This document shows positions 50,794 to 62,800 of a stretch of DNA of 64,000 bases, in pieces. This DNA comes from Bilabrum cf. latius. Taxonomy: Eukaryota. The stretch is taken from assembly GCA_965178125.1 (NCBI GenBank), contig OZ237743.1, forward strand, positions 744,001-808,000, given 5' to 3'. Position 1 is the first letter of the stretch. The number at the start of each line of letters is the position of its first letter. The translations under genes and the position numbers were made by a program. The notes beneath the pieces are model-generated. The model saw only the letters and a program-made list of their open reading frames with translations, did not search any database and was not told where the DNA came from.

Positions 50794-53700
50794 CAGTGGC
50801 AGTGGTGGTGGTGGTGGTCCTGCCGCCAGGCACAGGGGTACGGGAACGAAGGGAGTGGTCGCTGGTGATGCCGGTGGAAGCGACCGCCGGGGACATGTCC
50901 ACGATGTAAGAGAGGGCGAGATAGGTGCATTCACATAGCCATCGGCTCCTCCGAATGTTCGCCGCTGGAGGTTCACTGACAAGATGAGGCTGGTCCTATT
51001 CGCTCACATCCGAAGCGTGCTGGCAGGGTTGGAGGTGCTGCAGTCGCGCTCGTCACACCGGAACCGAGAGAACAGCGGAGGCCACGGGAGGCTCCCGCGG
51101 GATCGCCAAGCAGACGGCAGCTCTGGCAGCCGCTCTCCACGAGAGGGCTTGGGAGACGACGTGTCTGTGATCGCAGCGGCCACAGCTGGCGTGCTGCGAG
51201 CAGGCGCCGACACCCCCGGCCTGCGCGAGGCCGTGGAACCCTTCCAAATGCTGGCCCTGTCAAGCTTGTACACCCGCCGGATGGTGCTGCAGCGCGTACT
51301 GGTTGATGTGATACCGGCCCTCATGACGCTAGACCCAGAGTATGCAGAAGCCGCGCTGCTGCTGCACTGCGCCTCTGTGGACGAAAACGGTGACGTCGAT
51401 GACGCGTTTAACATGGTAACGCGCTAGATTGGCCGAGCGGGGGGCACAGTAAATAGAGGTAGAGAATCAATGAGCCCGTCGGCAACTGCTGCTGCTGCTG
51501 CTGCTGGCAGTGGCAATGGCGGCGTGCATGCACCCAACAGCGTCTTTGCAGCCGCGGATGCTGTCGGCGCTAGCTTCGGCACATCCGGCGGTGACGATCC
51601 CCATAGTAGCCGCAGCAGCACCCCTGGTTCGACCCACCCGGCAAGGGCTAGCGAGGTGCGACGGGCCCTTGCGGCCGGCAAGGTCGCGACGCGCCGAGCC
51701 ATGTTGCACTCGCCCAACGCTCCTGCGCTGTTCACCTACATCATGCGAAAGTATCTTGCCATGCGGCCTGCCGCTGGGCTGGAGCTTCTGAGGTCATGCA
51801 CTCGCAAGCAGCACCTTTTGGTGCCAGTCCTGTCGCTCGTGCTTCGGCTGGTGTCATTGCAGGACGCCAGCATGAACTGCCAGATCGCCGAGGCCCTCAT
51901 CCTCGCCATTGCTCACTCGGGGGTAGACGCCTGTGCCGCCGCTCGAGACTCCAGCAGCCATGGCCATGATGGACGACCGCACCACGCTGGAGGTACCAGT
52001 AGCAGTGGTAGTGGGCATAGCTCGCCCGTGTCGACCCGGCTTCGCGTGGACACCAGTAGCAAGACCTCATCAAGACGGGGCAGCGTGCGCGCGGACAGAC
52101 AGGTGGCAGCCGACGCTGACGAAACCGTTTCTACTGCAGACGCCCTTCAACTCGCGCGAAGGGCTGCGCCTAGCTCTACGGTGCTGCCCGTGCTCGCCGC
52201 GAGCGCTTTGCTGCCATTCTGCGTACCTGCCCTGCACCTACGGGGCACTCGGCTGCGGCTGCTGGCACTCGTCGAGCAGGCAGCCGGCGTGGCGGTGCAC
52301 CAACAACGTGTGTGGAAGTCTTGGCTCCTACGGGCTGCAGACAGGTCTAGTCAAGGGTTGACAGAGCTGGCGATTCGCGCGACCGCACACGGAGCAACAG
52401 GCGGCGGGGCCGCAGGCCTGTGGGGCCCCAACGACCACCCGGGCACCCCCGGACTGCTGTCGCCGGCTGCAAGCACCCTGCCAAGGCCAGACTCTCCGGC
52501 GGCGCCGTCAAGGGGTAGCCCCACCGGCCCCATCCCCGACGCGTCTGCTCCACCTACTCACTAGGGTAAGTCTACGCATTCAAAAACACCTCCTGCTCAC
52601 GGTCGCAGCCTGCAAGGGGCAGCCCTTGCGTCTGCGCTGCGCCGCACGAGCAGCAGCACGATGCGCCGTGCAAGTGGAAGCATGCGCAGCAGGGCAACTG
52701 TTCGACTCCGCTCGCAGCTGTCATCTTCTTCATTGCACCGCACCGCCGCGGAGCAAACGACCCGGGCAAGCCCGTCAGACCGACAGAACGCCAGCCAGTC
52801 TCCTCCAGTCGGCGCGCAGGTCCCACCCAGTGACGCGAGTGGCACGCCTCGGCGGCATTCCAGCCATGCAGTGGGACAGCCTTCCTAGGGACAGGCACGC
52901 TCTGCCAAACGTACCCCGGGGGCGTCACGGCTGCGACGAACTGCCAGTGGCGAGCCATCCCATCGCGCGAGCACCCCACAGCAAGTGACTGCAGAGGTGC
53001 TGCAACCAGCTAGTGCAGGGGGGGTGGCCCGCGATATGCTGATAGACGCATTTCTACGGAGAGAAAGCAGCTGTGAGTCGCCGTTTTCTGCTATGAGTGG
53101 GGTGGGTCACAGAACCTCGAGTTCCTTGGGCCGGGGAGGCCTGGACCAAGATACCGTGCCTGGTAGCGTGCACCATGCTGCTGCAGCCTTGCGGCCTCCC
53201 TTCCTAGCTTCCTCCCTTCTGGACGCACTGGGCCTCTTGGTATAGATGGTCGGCGTCATGTTTCCGGAAGAGACTACCGCGGCAGTGCGCTAGGCCGCCC
53301 AGCGCTCCCGCGAGTCCGCTGCAATGCTCGCCTGGATGCTGCAGCCGGTCGCGGGCGCAGTGCTCGCTGGCGACCTGCTTGGGCAGCTGCAAGGGCCACA
53401 TCTGAGGCCTCGAGATATGTCTGACCGTGATCTGTCCTTCGACTAGAGGTCGTAGCTATCTCGGACCGGGTCTGGGTCAAGGCTGCGACGCGCTGTCTCG
53501 AGCAGTGAGGATGACGCGATTCCGCATCCCAGCACTCTCTTTGGCGCAGCAGCAATTGCCATGGAAGTGGCAGGAATCGGCGCGAGGGAGGCACAAGCCG
53601 CTGCAGACCAAGCTGCAGAGGATGACACAGCGGCCAGCGTCTCCTCTGGAGCGACGGGTCGGCGTCCCGCAAGGCTGTTCCCGGGCCCGATTGGGTACGA

Positions 53701-54832
53701 TCCGCAGAGGATTGCAGCCGCCAGGCAGCTAGTGCATCTGCAAGGTGAGGTTCTGGAGGCACAGGAGGAAGTCTCTGGCGGGAGTAATCGGGCTGAAGCT
53801 AAGGAGCTGTCGCATCGAGGCTGGATGGCGGCAGTCATACAGCACTCCAGTGCCGCCAGGCGAACGATTGCCGCGCGTTTGCTGGCCCCAGTGGCCCCTC
53901 TGTTGGCCGCAGGCCAAGCAGCGCGGCAATCCATGGCGCTGCATTCTGAACCACGAAAGGGTGCTCAGTCGCAAGGGACGGGCTCCACGAGTTCTTCTTC
54001 CGCGCCGTCCCCATCGAGCACCCAATAGTCTCGCGGTGCTCTGGCAGAGTCGGCTGAGTCCAGTGCGGGCATTAGCCTACCTAGAACCGAGGCTGGTATC
54101 GAGGCTGGTATCGAGGCTGGAGCAACAGCTGACGACCAAGCAACCGGATACGAGGCGAGGGTAGTCCTCCCGGTAGGCCCTCACCAAGTCGAGGTGCTGT
54201 TCCAGAGACACTTGAGGCAGATGGAGGCTTGGCGCAACCGGCAGCTGCGAGCCACAGCAGCATCAGCTGCATCCGCACAATCAGACAAGCGTGCTGCCCT
54301 TGAACTACTGAAACGAGAGCGAGTCCAGGCCAGGGCACAGGCAGAAGCCCTCGCCAGTGCCAAGGCATCACTGATGGAGGCGCAGAAAGAAGCGAGGGAC
54401 TGGCACGTGGCTCTAGAGGGCAAGATCGGGCGACTGCAGGCCGAGCGGCAGATGCTGGGTGCCAGCGCAGTGGCTCGCGCGGAAGAGCTCACAGAGGCGA
54501 GAGAGCGCGCAGAGGCTTCCCAAAGGGGCGAGGAGGCGGCGCAGGAGGCGTCTGTTGTTGCAATTGGGCGGGCAGAAGCCGCGGAGAGTCGTGCGCGGGC
54601 CGCTGAGGCAGCGGCAGAGTCGATGAGAGAACAACTCGCGAGGGCCAAAGCCGCGCTGAGGGAGATGGCAAAGGCATAGGCGCAGGGGCAGGGGCTGGTG
54701 CGCGAAGAAAGGTTGGTGGAAATCGATTAGCGAGGTGATCGAGCAATCACAGGCTCAGATGCGGTGGCCGGCGCTGGTTCAGGTGCAGATGTGGGGACTG
54801 GGACTCATCGCACTGGGGGTGTGGATCGTTGA
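50055..54832 (+). CDS. Large protein with C-terminal coiled coil, possibly hamartin/TSC1-like (~1,560 aa; putative exons 50055-50132 and 50228-54832)
   Basis: Co-frame fragments 50732..54679 are joined only by TAG; TGA at 54830. VLFQRHLRQMEAWRNRQL before the coiled coil resembles the hamartin LLYERFKRQQHALRNRRL motif. The gene is well supported; the identity is tentative. Confidence 0.55.
50133..50227 (+). other. Putative spliceosomal intron (95 bp, GTAAGG...TCGCAG)
   Basis: Canonical ends; supplies an ATG-bearing exon in frame with the long downstream ORF. Confidence 0.55.
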
Positions 54833-54984
54833 AAATGCGTGGTGCTTCGACAATCGCTACTGCTCTGTTTGTACCCAGCGAGATTAACACACAGCAAGAC
54901 GCCGAAGGTCTATCGACTTAAGGTCGGACATATTTACCGCCCTAGCCGAATACCTGTTTTCTTTGAGCCAATTCAAGTCTTAGG

Positions 54985-57900
54985 TCACGCAATCGAACCG
55001 AGCAGCGAGTTGTTGTCCTGCACCAGAAGGGTGACCACAGACAAAGTCGCGCCTGAGATAAGCCCCACGATGCCTCGAAGCAGCGCAAAATCGATCACGA
55101 CACCGCCAAACAGCCTCGTGTACATGCCACCCAGCGCGATTTCTACCGAGCGCGCCTCGACTAGATCCACCGAGGACCTGAGCATCTGCTGCAAAGCAGC
55201 CTTCTCCTGGTGTATACTGTCCATGCGACGCTAATGCTTGCTCCGTAAAGGCAAAGATGTGGCCGATGGTGCTGATGGGGCGCTCGCCAATGATCCCTAA
55301 TGAGCGTGCGCTGCAAACTGGACGCTGTGTCCAAGCATGGGCCCGTGACCTTTCGATTGCCGCTAGCCATTGGAAGGAACGCCGATGGGAGGAACTCGCG
55401 TGCCAGTCGGGAACTCCTGCCCCGCGTCGCTTCCGTCTGCTTCTTCTAGACCAGCGAAGTCACGGAGTGCCTACACCATCGTCCTCTGCTGCCCACTGCC
55501 AGCGCTGGATCGCGTCTGTTCACTCCGAGCATGCCCACCGTGCTGAGATTCATCTGGCTTGCTGGAGATAGCCGACCCGCTCGAAGATCCGCTGCGATCG
55601 ACTCTGACAGACCCACCGGTGGATGATCCCCCGCTTGGAGTGCCACCAGAGGACATGTCCGACTTGTCGTGCAGCGCATCGCCAGCGCTCACGATTCGCA
55701 CCCTCCGACGCGGACCGGGATTCTGCAAATCGCGCGCCTCGCTTGTGCTGGAGCTACGGACGGCCCCTGGCGCGCCCGATGCACTGCCTGCAGCACCGAC
55801 GCTATTCGCCATCGCGGGAGGCTGACGGCTCCCTCCTGGTGTCCTTGGCTGGGAGCCGGACTATACAGAATCGTTGCTTTGCTGCTTGCCATCACTGGCC
55901 CCTGCAAACCCCGTCGCGAGTCCTAGCTGATGCTGGCTGCCATTGGCGTCGCTTCCCCACGCCTGTCTGCCGTCACCAGGCACTAGCACGCCCACAGTCT
56001 GTTGCGTTGCGTCAGACGACCTTGGCAAGGAGCCAACAGACTGCCTTCCTGCACTTTGATGCGCGACAGACTCCACCTCGACGGAGTACTGGCCCTGAGT
56101 GGCCCCACTCTGCTACCTGATCACGTAGACCTCGTGGCCTGGAGCAGGTGCCGGCACCGGTAAGCCCAGGGAGTGCATAGATCCGGCGCTTCCCGAGGCA
56201 AGCGAGACAGGCGCGCCCACCGGAACTTCGTATGAGGATGACGTTGCAAAGGTGGGGCTGGAATCGCTTGTGATGCTGTCATCGCCGTAGCCCCTCATCC
56301 TGCCGTAGGTTGCAGTACAGCTGACGAGATCCGCCTGCATCAACGACCTGAGCTTGGCCAGCTTCTGCGAGACCTTGAGCAGCCTAAAATTTGTACCAGC
56401 CTCTATTGCAAGAGTAGTGATGGAACCTCCTGCGGACAGAATCAGATACGCAACCATCACCACGAATGTCGATAGCTCCACCTGGACCACTCCAGCAGCC
56501 ACCAGCACGCAGGCGATCGTCAGCACGAACATCAGCACGGTCGACTGGCCCAAGAATGCACTCATCGGAGCTGCCGCATTCACCGAGTCGTATCTGTCGT
56601 AGTTGTGCAGCACGTCCAACATTGCCGCCCAGGATCGCACGTTGCGGGGCAGCCTCACGTCGACAAACGGGAGACGCGCATCCAGCGCGTCACCATAGTC
56701 GAGCATGCTGGCTACTGAGTTGACTAGCTCTCGCTTTCGCCTTGCCCTGGCAACCATGCGGATCAGAAATCGAAAGTTAACGTAGTTCAGGTTGTACACT
56801 CCGGCACACGCAACTATGAAGATGAGAATGCGCTGCCATAGCAGCACACCATCCTTGAACTGCTCTGTACCACCAGGCAGCGCGTAAGAAATTCCGGGTA
56901 GCAGGAGCACCACTATAGCCGTGATCTTCGTGAAGAGCAGGTCAGTCTCCGAGATTGACGCCCCTGTCGACGCCCGTTGGATGATCTCCTCCACTGCCAC
57001 GCGGGACGGCAGCACCCAAGCGAAGGCTGCTGTCTTCTCCTTCCACACTGCGACATCCTCCTCATTGCGTTGAAATGCGTTATCAATCATCCCGCTAGAG
57101 TCATGAGAGCCGTCGGAGTCATCGCCCGACGACACGTCATCAATAGACTGTGGCAATGAGGCCTCCTCCACGGCGGTGGGAGCAGGGGGCGGGGCTAGCA
57201 TCTTGCCGACGGTGGAGGCTCCCACACTCACGGCACCAGACATGGTGCGTCGGCTCATCAGCAATTTCTGCCTGCGTTTCGCCAGCTTCTTCTTCTTTTT
57301 TCTCACGCGGGCGTCAAGTGCCGCTTGCGCCTCTGACTGCAGGCAGCGAACGTACGCCCTGAAAGTGTACCTTAAGAATGCAGTCGCCTTCGTGCCTCCT
57401 CCCACGACCAGATTCCTACCTCGAATGGCACCCTCGTCCTCATCCAACAGATCATCCTCGTCGTCGTGCGCTCCTGCCTGCGACCCTACCGAGCTGCTCT
57501 CGCTATCGCTGCGTGACCGACCGCTCGTCTCCGATGCTTCGCTGTCGTCAGCTTGCCTAACCATCGCTGTCGCCTCCGTGCCAGTACGCGTGAGGTGCTT
57601 GAACCTGCGTTCCACTCCTACAGCGCTGCTGCCGCCGCTGCCCTTGCTCCCACTCGGCCCCTGCCTGTGGCACCCGACCCTGCTGTCTAGCATCTGGCGG
57701 ATCATTGACTTCCTGCGCATGGGGGCCCGTGGGACCCCACCACCATACGATGCACCCACAGTGTGGTGTTGCCCATGCTTGTCATTGCCTGCAGGGCCGG
57801 AGGTTTTGCTCTCGTTCTTCCAAGCATCCACTGATGGTGGCACACTGTGGCTGCTGCCAGTGGAGGCGTGCGCGAGGAGGTTGGACCTGCTGCTCGTGCG

Positions 57901-58851
57901 CCGCCTGCTCTTCGCCCCTGCGCCTCCCGGTGACTCGCCGCTGTGACTTTGATTACGGCTGCGCGAACCTTCGGTTTCAGCGCCCGCCGAACCCTCACGG
58001 ATTGGCTCCGGCACGTCACATCCCGCCGGAGGGCATGGCTTGGCCCCGCTTGCTGTGCCGCGCGGGTGGGCGGTAGACCTCTGGCGATTTGCTTGGTTCT
58101 TGCTGTCGCCCGTTTGGCGGTACGACAGGTTCGCCTTGTCCTCACCGGGCCTGCTCCTGGGTGAGAGCCTCACCACCGGGCTGGATTCATACTTAGCAAT
58201 GTCTTGCTCCTCTCTCTCGATCTCCAGGAGCTCCGACTCGACTTCTTCGTGCTCCCGCACTACGGCGGCCATCTCATCGCGCTCGTACAGTGTTGTTAGT
58301 AGATCGGGCGTCAGCTCGAGGAGCTCGTGATCGTCGAGGTGCACGCCGGCTGTCAGTTCCGCAACAGTGATTGGGTCCTTGTCCGCTGCTCGCTTCGTTG
58401 CCAGCTAGGTTACGCTCCAGAAGGTCAAAAAGCGATGCCTTTGCTTTCTAGATAGGTGTCCAACGCTAATTGACATGGCAATGCTAGTGTAAAGGTGCAC
58501 GGCTAGCAGCGTTAGGATCTCGGTGGGCACGTAATGGAGAATCAGGGCAGCAGCAGCTCCCACCATGAGCGCAACGAACGCATACCCGGGCGCAAACGTC
58601 GAAAGAAATCTACCATACCAGTAAATATTCCAGCCCTCTTGGTAAATGTACCACGGGGCCACCAGAAGCTGGAAGAAGCACGCCATGAAGTAGCTGCATG
58701 CGTTGCCGAAGTGCAGGTGCCCTGTATGCTTCCGAAGAATCTACTCCCGAGGAGGAACCCACTCTCTACTGTTAACCAGTGAAGTGTGAACTCTTCTAGA
58801 GAAAGGGACCTGCGAAGGCTCGATAGAGTCTGGGTTCGCCTTGCTTCGCAT
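54985..58851 (-). CDS. Multi-pass membrane protein with long hydrophilic loop, possibly PHTF/7TMIC-like (~1,288 aa; start uncertain)
   Basis: ORFs 58405, 56113, 55861, 55471 and 54985 are co-frame; gaps read (55231, 58741) contain TAG. N-terminal TM helices, long loop, four TM helices, terminal TM hairpin; TGA at 54985. Confidence 0.6.
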
Positions 58852-59880
58852 CCCTTGTAGATCACTTCCCTTTCGAGGCAGATTCCGAAATATTAGAACT
58901 CAATGACTCGGCTTAGAGACGTGCAACCTGCGAGTGAAAACACTTTTATTCAGAAAGCCTCTGTCTTGAGCGCGTGGTTTTGCGAACAAGAGCCAGTTGC
59001 AGTAGTTGGTCTATGGGTCCGTCACCGCGAACCGCCGGCGACAGCCTTGCCTTGGCACAGTTCCGGTTTCAGAAATCAGAGGACACCATGCAGATTCTCA
59101 GTGCTCCCTCCAGCGGTGGTGGAAGGACTATACATCAATTTTCCGCTCAAAGGGTATGGGCAAAGCGCACATGCACAACTGAGGTGTAGGTCACATCAGC
59201 GGCTGCCGATGCCGTGGCCTTGGCTCGCGGTTGGAGCTGACTGCCTTGGCGTGTAGTCTCCCGTGCGGGTCAGACTATCCGTGAAATGCACGGCGACCGA
59301 CGATTCATGCGCAAGAATTTGGTTAAAGTCTCGGGTCGCTATCGCCAGCAGTCGATTCAAAAGAAACATCCTCATACCCTGATGTTTCACGAAGACTGCA
59401 GCAGCCCGCTACAGAAAGTCCGTCGGTGTGTTCTACTGCACGGCTATACTCACGGGCGACAAAGCAGTTCGTCATAGGGTTTGTGCTTCGTGGGCTTCGA
59501 TGCTCCGACAGGCAATATAACAGAGTCAACTTGGGCTTCACGAGTATGGGGCGGCGACCGCAACCTCCTTGTGGTGATCGCAGCTACAAGTGTGGTCGCA
59601 TCAATCGAATCAGGTGGTGCCCACAGCCCTGCATGCCAACTTAAACCGGTGAAATGTCACGCGGATTGTCTCTTAACTTTTTTTTGGGATTACCTGTTGA
59701 TGCTTGTTCGCTTGCCCTGTCGAGATCATTTCAACTGATTTCTTCCGGTTTTCGCGTATCGCCGAGTGAGGATTCAATGTATCACTTCCAAACAGGATAG
59801 AGTCCGTATTATGCAGAAACTGTCGCAGATAAATCCAAGTACGTTACATGCTATGACTACTGACTCATCAAGCCTTGTAG

Positions 59881-62800
59881 TGGCAGCTGGCATCTAACCT
59901 TGTTGCCATTCAATGTCGATCCCTGCGGACTCTTTTGCGCACTCCTAGCTTCCATGATTTACATCACGCAGGAATCATCCATTCTCTAGCTGCATTCCTA
60001 GAGCTTGATAGCTGGAATGACCTACGCATGACCTGCAAGGACCTGCATTCCGCCGGTTCTCAGGTTGACATGCAGCCAATGCTCCGCGAAGCACTTGCCT
60101 AGCGATGCATTCGGCGCATCCATGAAGCGCAGTTGGACCCTTTGAAGTACTCCAATGGTATCTCCCGGATTCTTGGTAGTTGGCTAGCGCTGACAGAGTC
60201 CAGTATGCGGAGTGCAACAGCTCTGCGACATCCGAATGTGCTGGAGCTGAAGCGACTGAGCACCGTGGATCGATCGGATGATGTTGTTGAGCAAGAGCAA
60301 TAGCTGCTCCACAAGGCGATGTACAGCATCTATGCATCTCACGGCCGGCCTGTCTTGGAGGACTACATCAGTCCTGTGCCGCAGGAGATGATCGCGGCCT
60401 TCGAGGAGGAATCTGGTCGCTCCTCAAGAGCCGCTCTTCTAGACGAGGCTGCCATCTGTCCGGATTCTGCGGCCACTCGAGATATCCTTCCAGAGGCGTG
60501 GGCCTGTCTCATTGCCCGCGCAGGCCAGCTGTAGATGCAGGCTTACGTCGGTGAATGCATCCGCAGAGCGAATGTGCTTGCGCCGCCCGTCAGCGAAGAA
60601 GAGTCCGTGAGTCCGGGATACGGCAACTGCACAGCACATGAGATTCGAGCCACATCTGCAAAACCAGCAGAGCCCAAGCCATCATACACAGCGGAGGAGC
60701 TGGGACAGCCGGTGGCAATGCCGCTGTTCCATGCGGCGCTTCTCGTGCTGCTCACAGAAGGCACGGCAGCTGCCACGTCTGCCACGGGCGATGTGCCATT
60801 GCTGAGACCAGAAGCAGAACAGCAGCCCATGGCTCTGACGACATCGGCTGTATACAGCAAGCGCAATCGATACCGGCAGCAGAGAAACAATCGTCCATCA
60901 ACCAGTCGACGAGGGGGCGTGGGGGTAGCCTTAAAAGCAGCCTAGCGGTTGCCTTGCACAACTATGGAGTTCTAGCGTTGGGGTGACGATCCGATATTTT
61001 TCAGACCGGAAGCCCGTTACCTCTTCTCACTGCGTGGTGGGTCTACTTCCAGCAAGTGGCGGCAGCTACAGGCAGACCCAGATCGCCTGGCTGACCTCAC
61101 GCATGCGCTCATGGGACACAGCGAGCACATTCGGCTGGACCCGCTGGGCATACACGACACTCCGCTCCTGGCACAAGAGGAGTACGTTGATTGCGCATGC
61201 AATAAGCCTGCAGAGTACCCTCCAAACTGTCGCCTTGGATCCTACCCAGCCCGAGTGTTCCGATACGCGCACCAGAACTGGCAGGATGCAATAGAAGCTG
61301 ACAGGGAGGCGACATCATTCCGATCCGACTACGCAACTGAAATTCAAATGAGGGACGGCGATTGGGAATCCTACACATGGAGATCCTAGTTGATTTGCGC
61401 TCGCCAGGTTCTGATCCTGCTGCTTTTTGCCTGTGCTACATCGGTGGCTCTGTGGTCACTTGAAGCCAGCAGTGCGTCATCTGGACCCAGGAGGTACTAC
61501 ATGCAGAAGAAGTACATGTGGGACCCAGATCTGGCATCCAATATAAGCGTTAATGCCATGATAGGTGGCGATATCGGTAGTGTTGATGCAATAGATGAGA
61601 AGTTGTCAGTGAGAGGTCAGTACGCGGCGAGATGCCTGCAGCATCTGGTGTTTTCTCAAAGCGATGCTAGGGCGGGTGCCATTCATATGCCGAGGCATAG
61701 CCTTGACCAAACTATTTTGTCTGGGACGCACGTTGCAAGAAGCATGACGAAGACTTCAAAAAGCTCCTTGTCCCTTCAAGGCAGGTGCAGTGGCAGTATC
61801 GAGCACCAGCTCGCTGACCTGCGGTCCATTCGGTAGAGTTACAACCCCATAGGCACGCCTCTAGCAGTGCGAGGCACCGCAATGATCCTCTTGGCATGTA
61901 CGTTTGTCGTGTACACTTTTCATGCTGCTCTGAATGCTGCCGTGGAGTGCCTCGTTGGGAACCAATAGCGCGGAGCACGCGAGCCTCACATTGCGTGCGA
62001 GGCCATCACTCGAAGCGTATGCATCCTGCCGAGGCCAGTCAGAGACTTCGCTGCAACGCACAGCTGGCCCTACTTGCATTATGTGAGCTATGATGCCATG
62101 GGCGAACTGTACGCACTGGTCCCGTTTGCAGTGTTGATCGCTGCATCGAGCTGCCTATCTCTCGTGTTGACGGACGACCCCCTGAGTCGATTCGCGCCCC
62201 CAGTCTGGTGCGACCACCTGTCTGTCATGCCGTACATCGCATGCATACTACCAGTGCTGGGCCATGTCATCGTGGCGCGACCATGGGACTGGATGCTGAG
62301 TCAGCTGGTGGACGACCGCGGCTGCGTGCTGAACTTTGGGGATGAGAGGTCGAGCGTAGTAGCGTACATGGCAGGCGGCGAGTGGTTGTCAGTGAAGTCT
62401 CGATGGCTATACACGGGCGAAGTGGAGCAAGGGCACAATGACGGTGTGCCTCGTGTGTACTCGCGCTTCGGGGAGTCTGCTCGGACCGGCTTGATCGCAG
62501 TCGCCTGCCTCATTTTAGTTTCGCTTTTTGACATCCTCTTTGTCCTGGCCGATCAGTATGGATGCTTTGACGTGGAAACACTGTAGAGTATCACAAGCAT
62601 GCAATACAAGGTGGTGAGCAAGTTTACAGTCGCTGTTGTATTCTGCGTGTTTTTGTAGAGGCGCGTCGGCAAGACTCTCTAGGTTCGTCTCTACGACATA
62701 CCCCTAGCCAATGCGAGCTCGCGCAGTGCTGATGTTTGGCGCTGGTGCGAGCGGTAGGTCTCAATCGTGTATGCATTCGGTACGGACATTTTGACTCAGG

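Noticed and set aside
50761-54121. Short coding repeats such as (GGCTCT)n at ~50761 and (CGAGGCTGGTAT)n at ~54088
   Set aside because: Ordinary in-frame low-complexity expansions encoding GS and EAGI runs.
58900-59880. Possible extra gene or upstream exons between the two last genes
   Set aside because: The frames I tested were closed by TGA/TAA and I could not build a consistent splice model; left unannotated.
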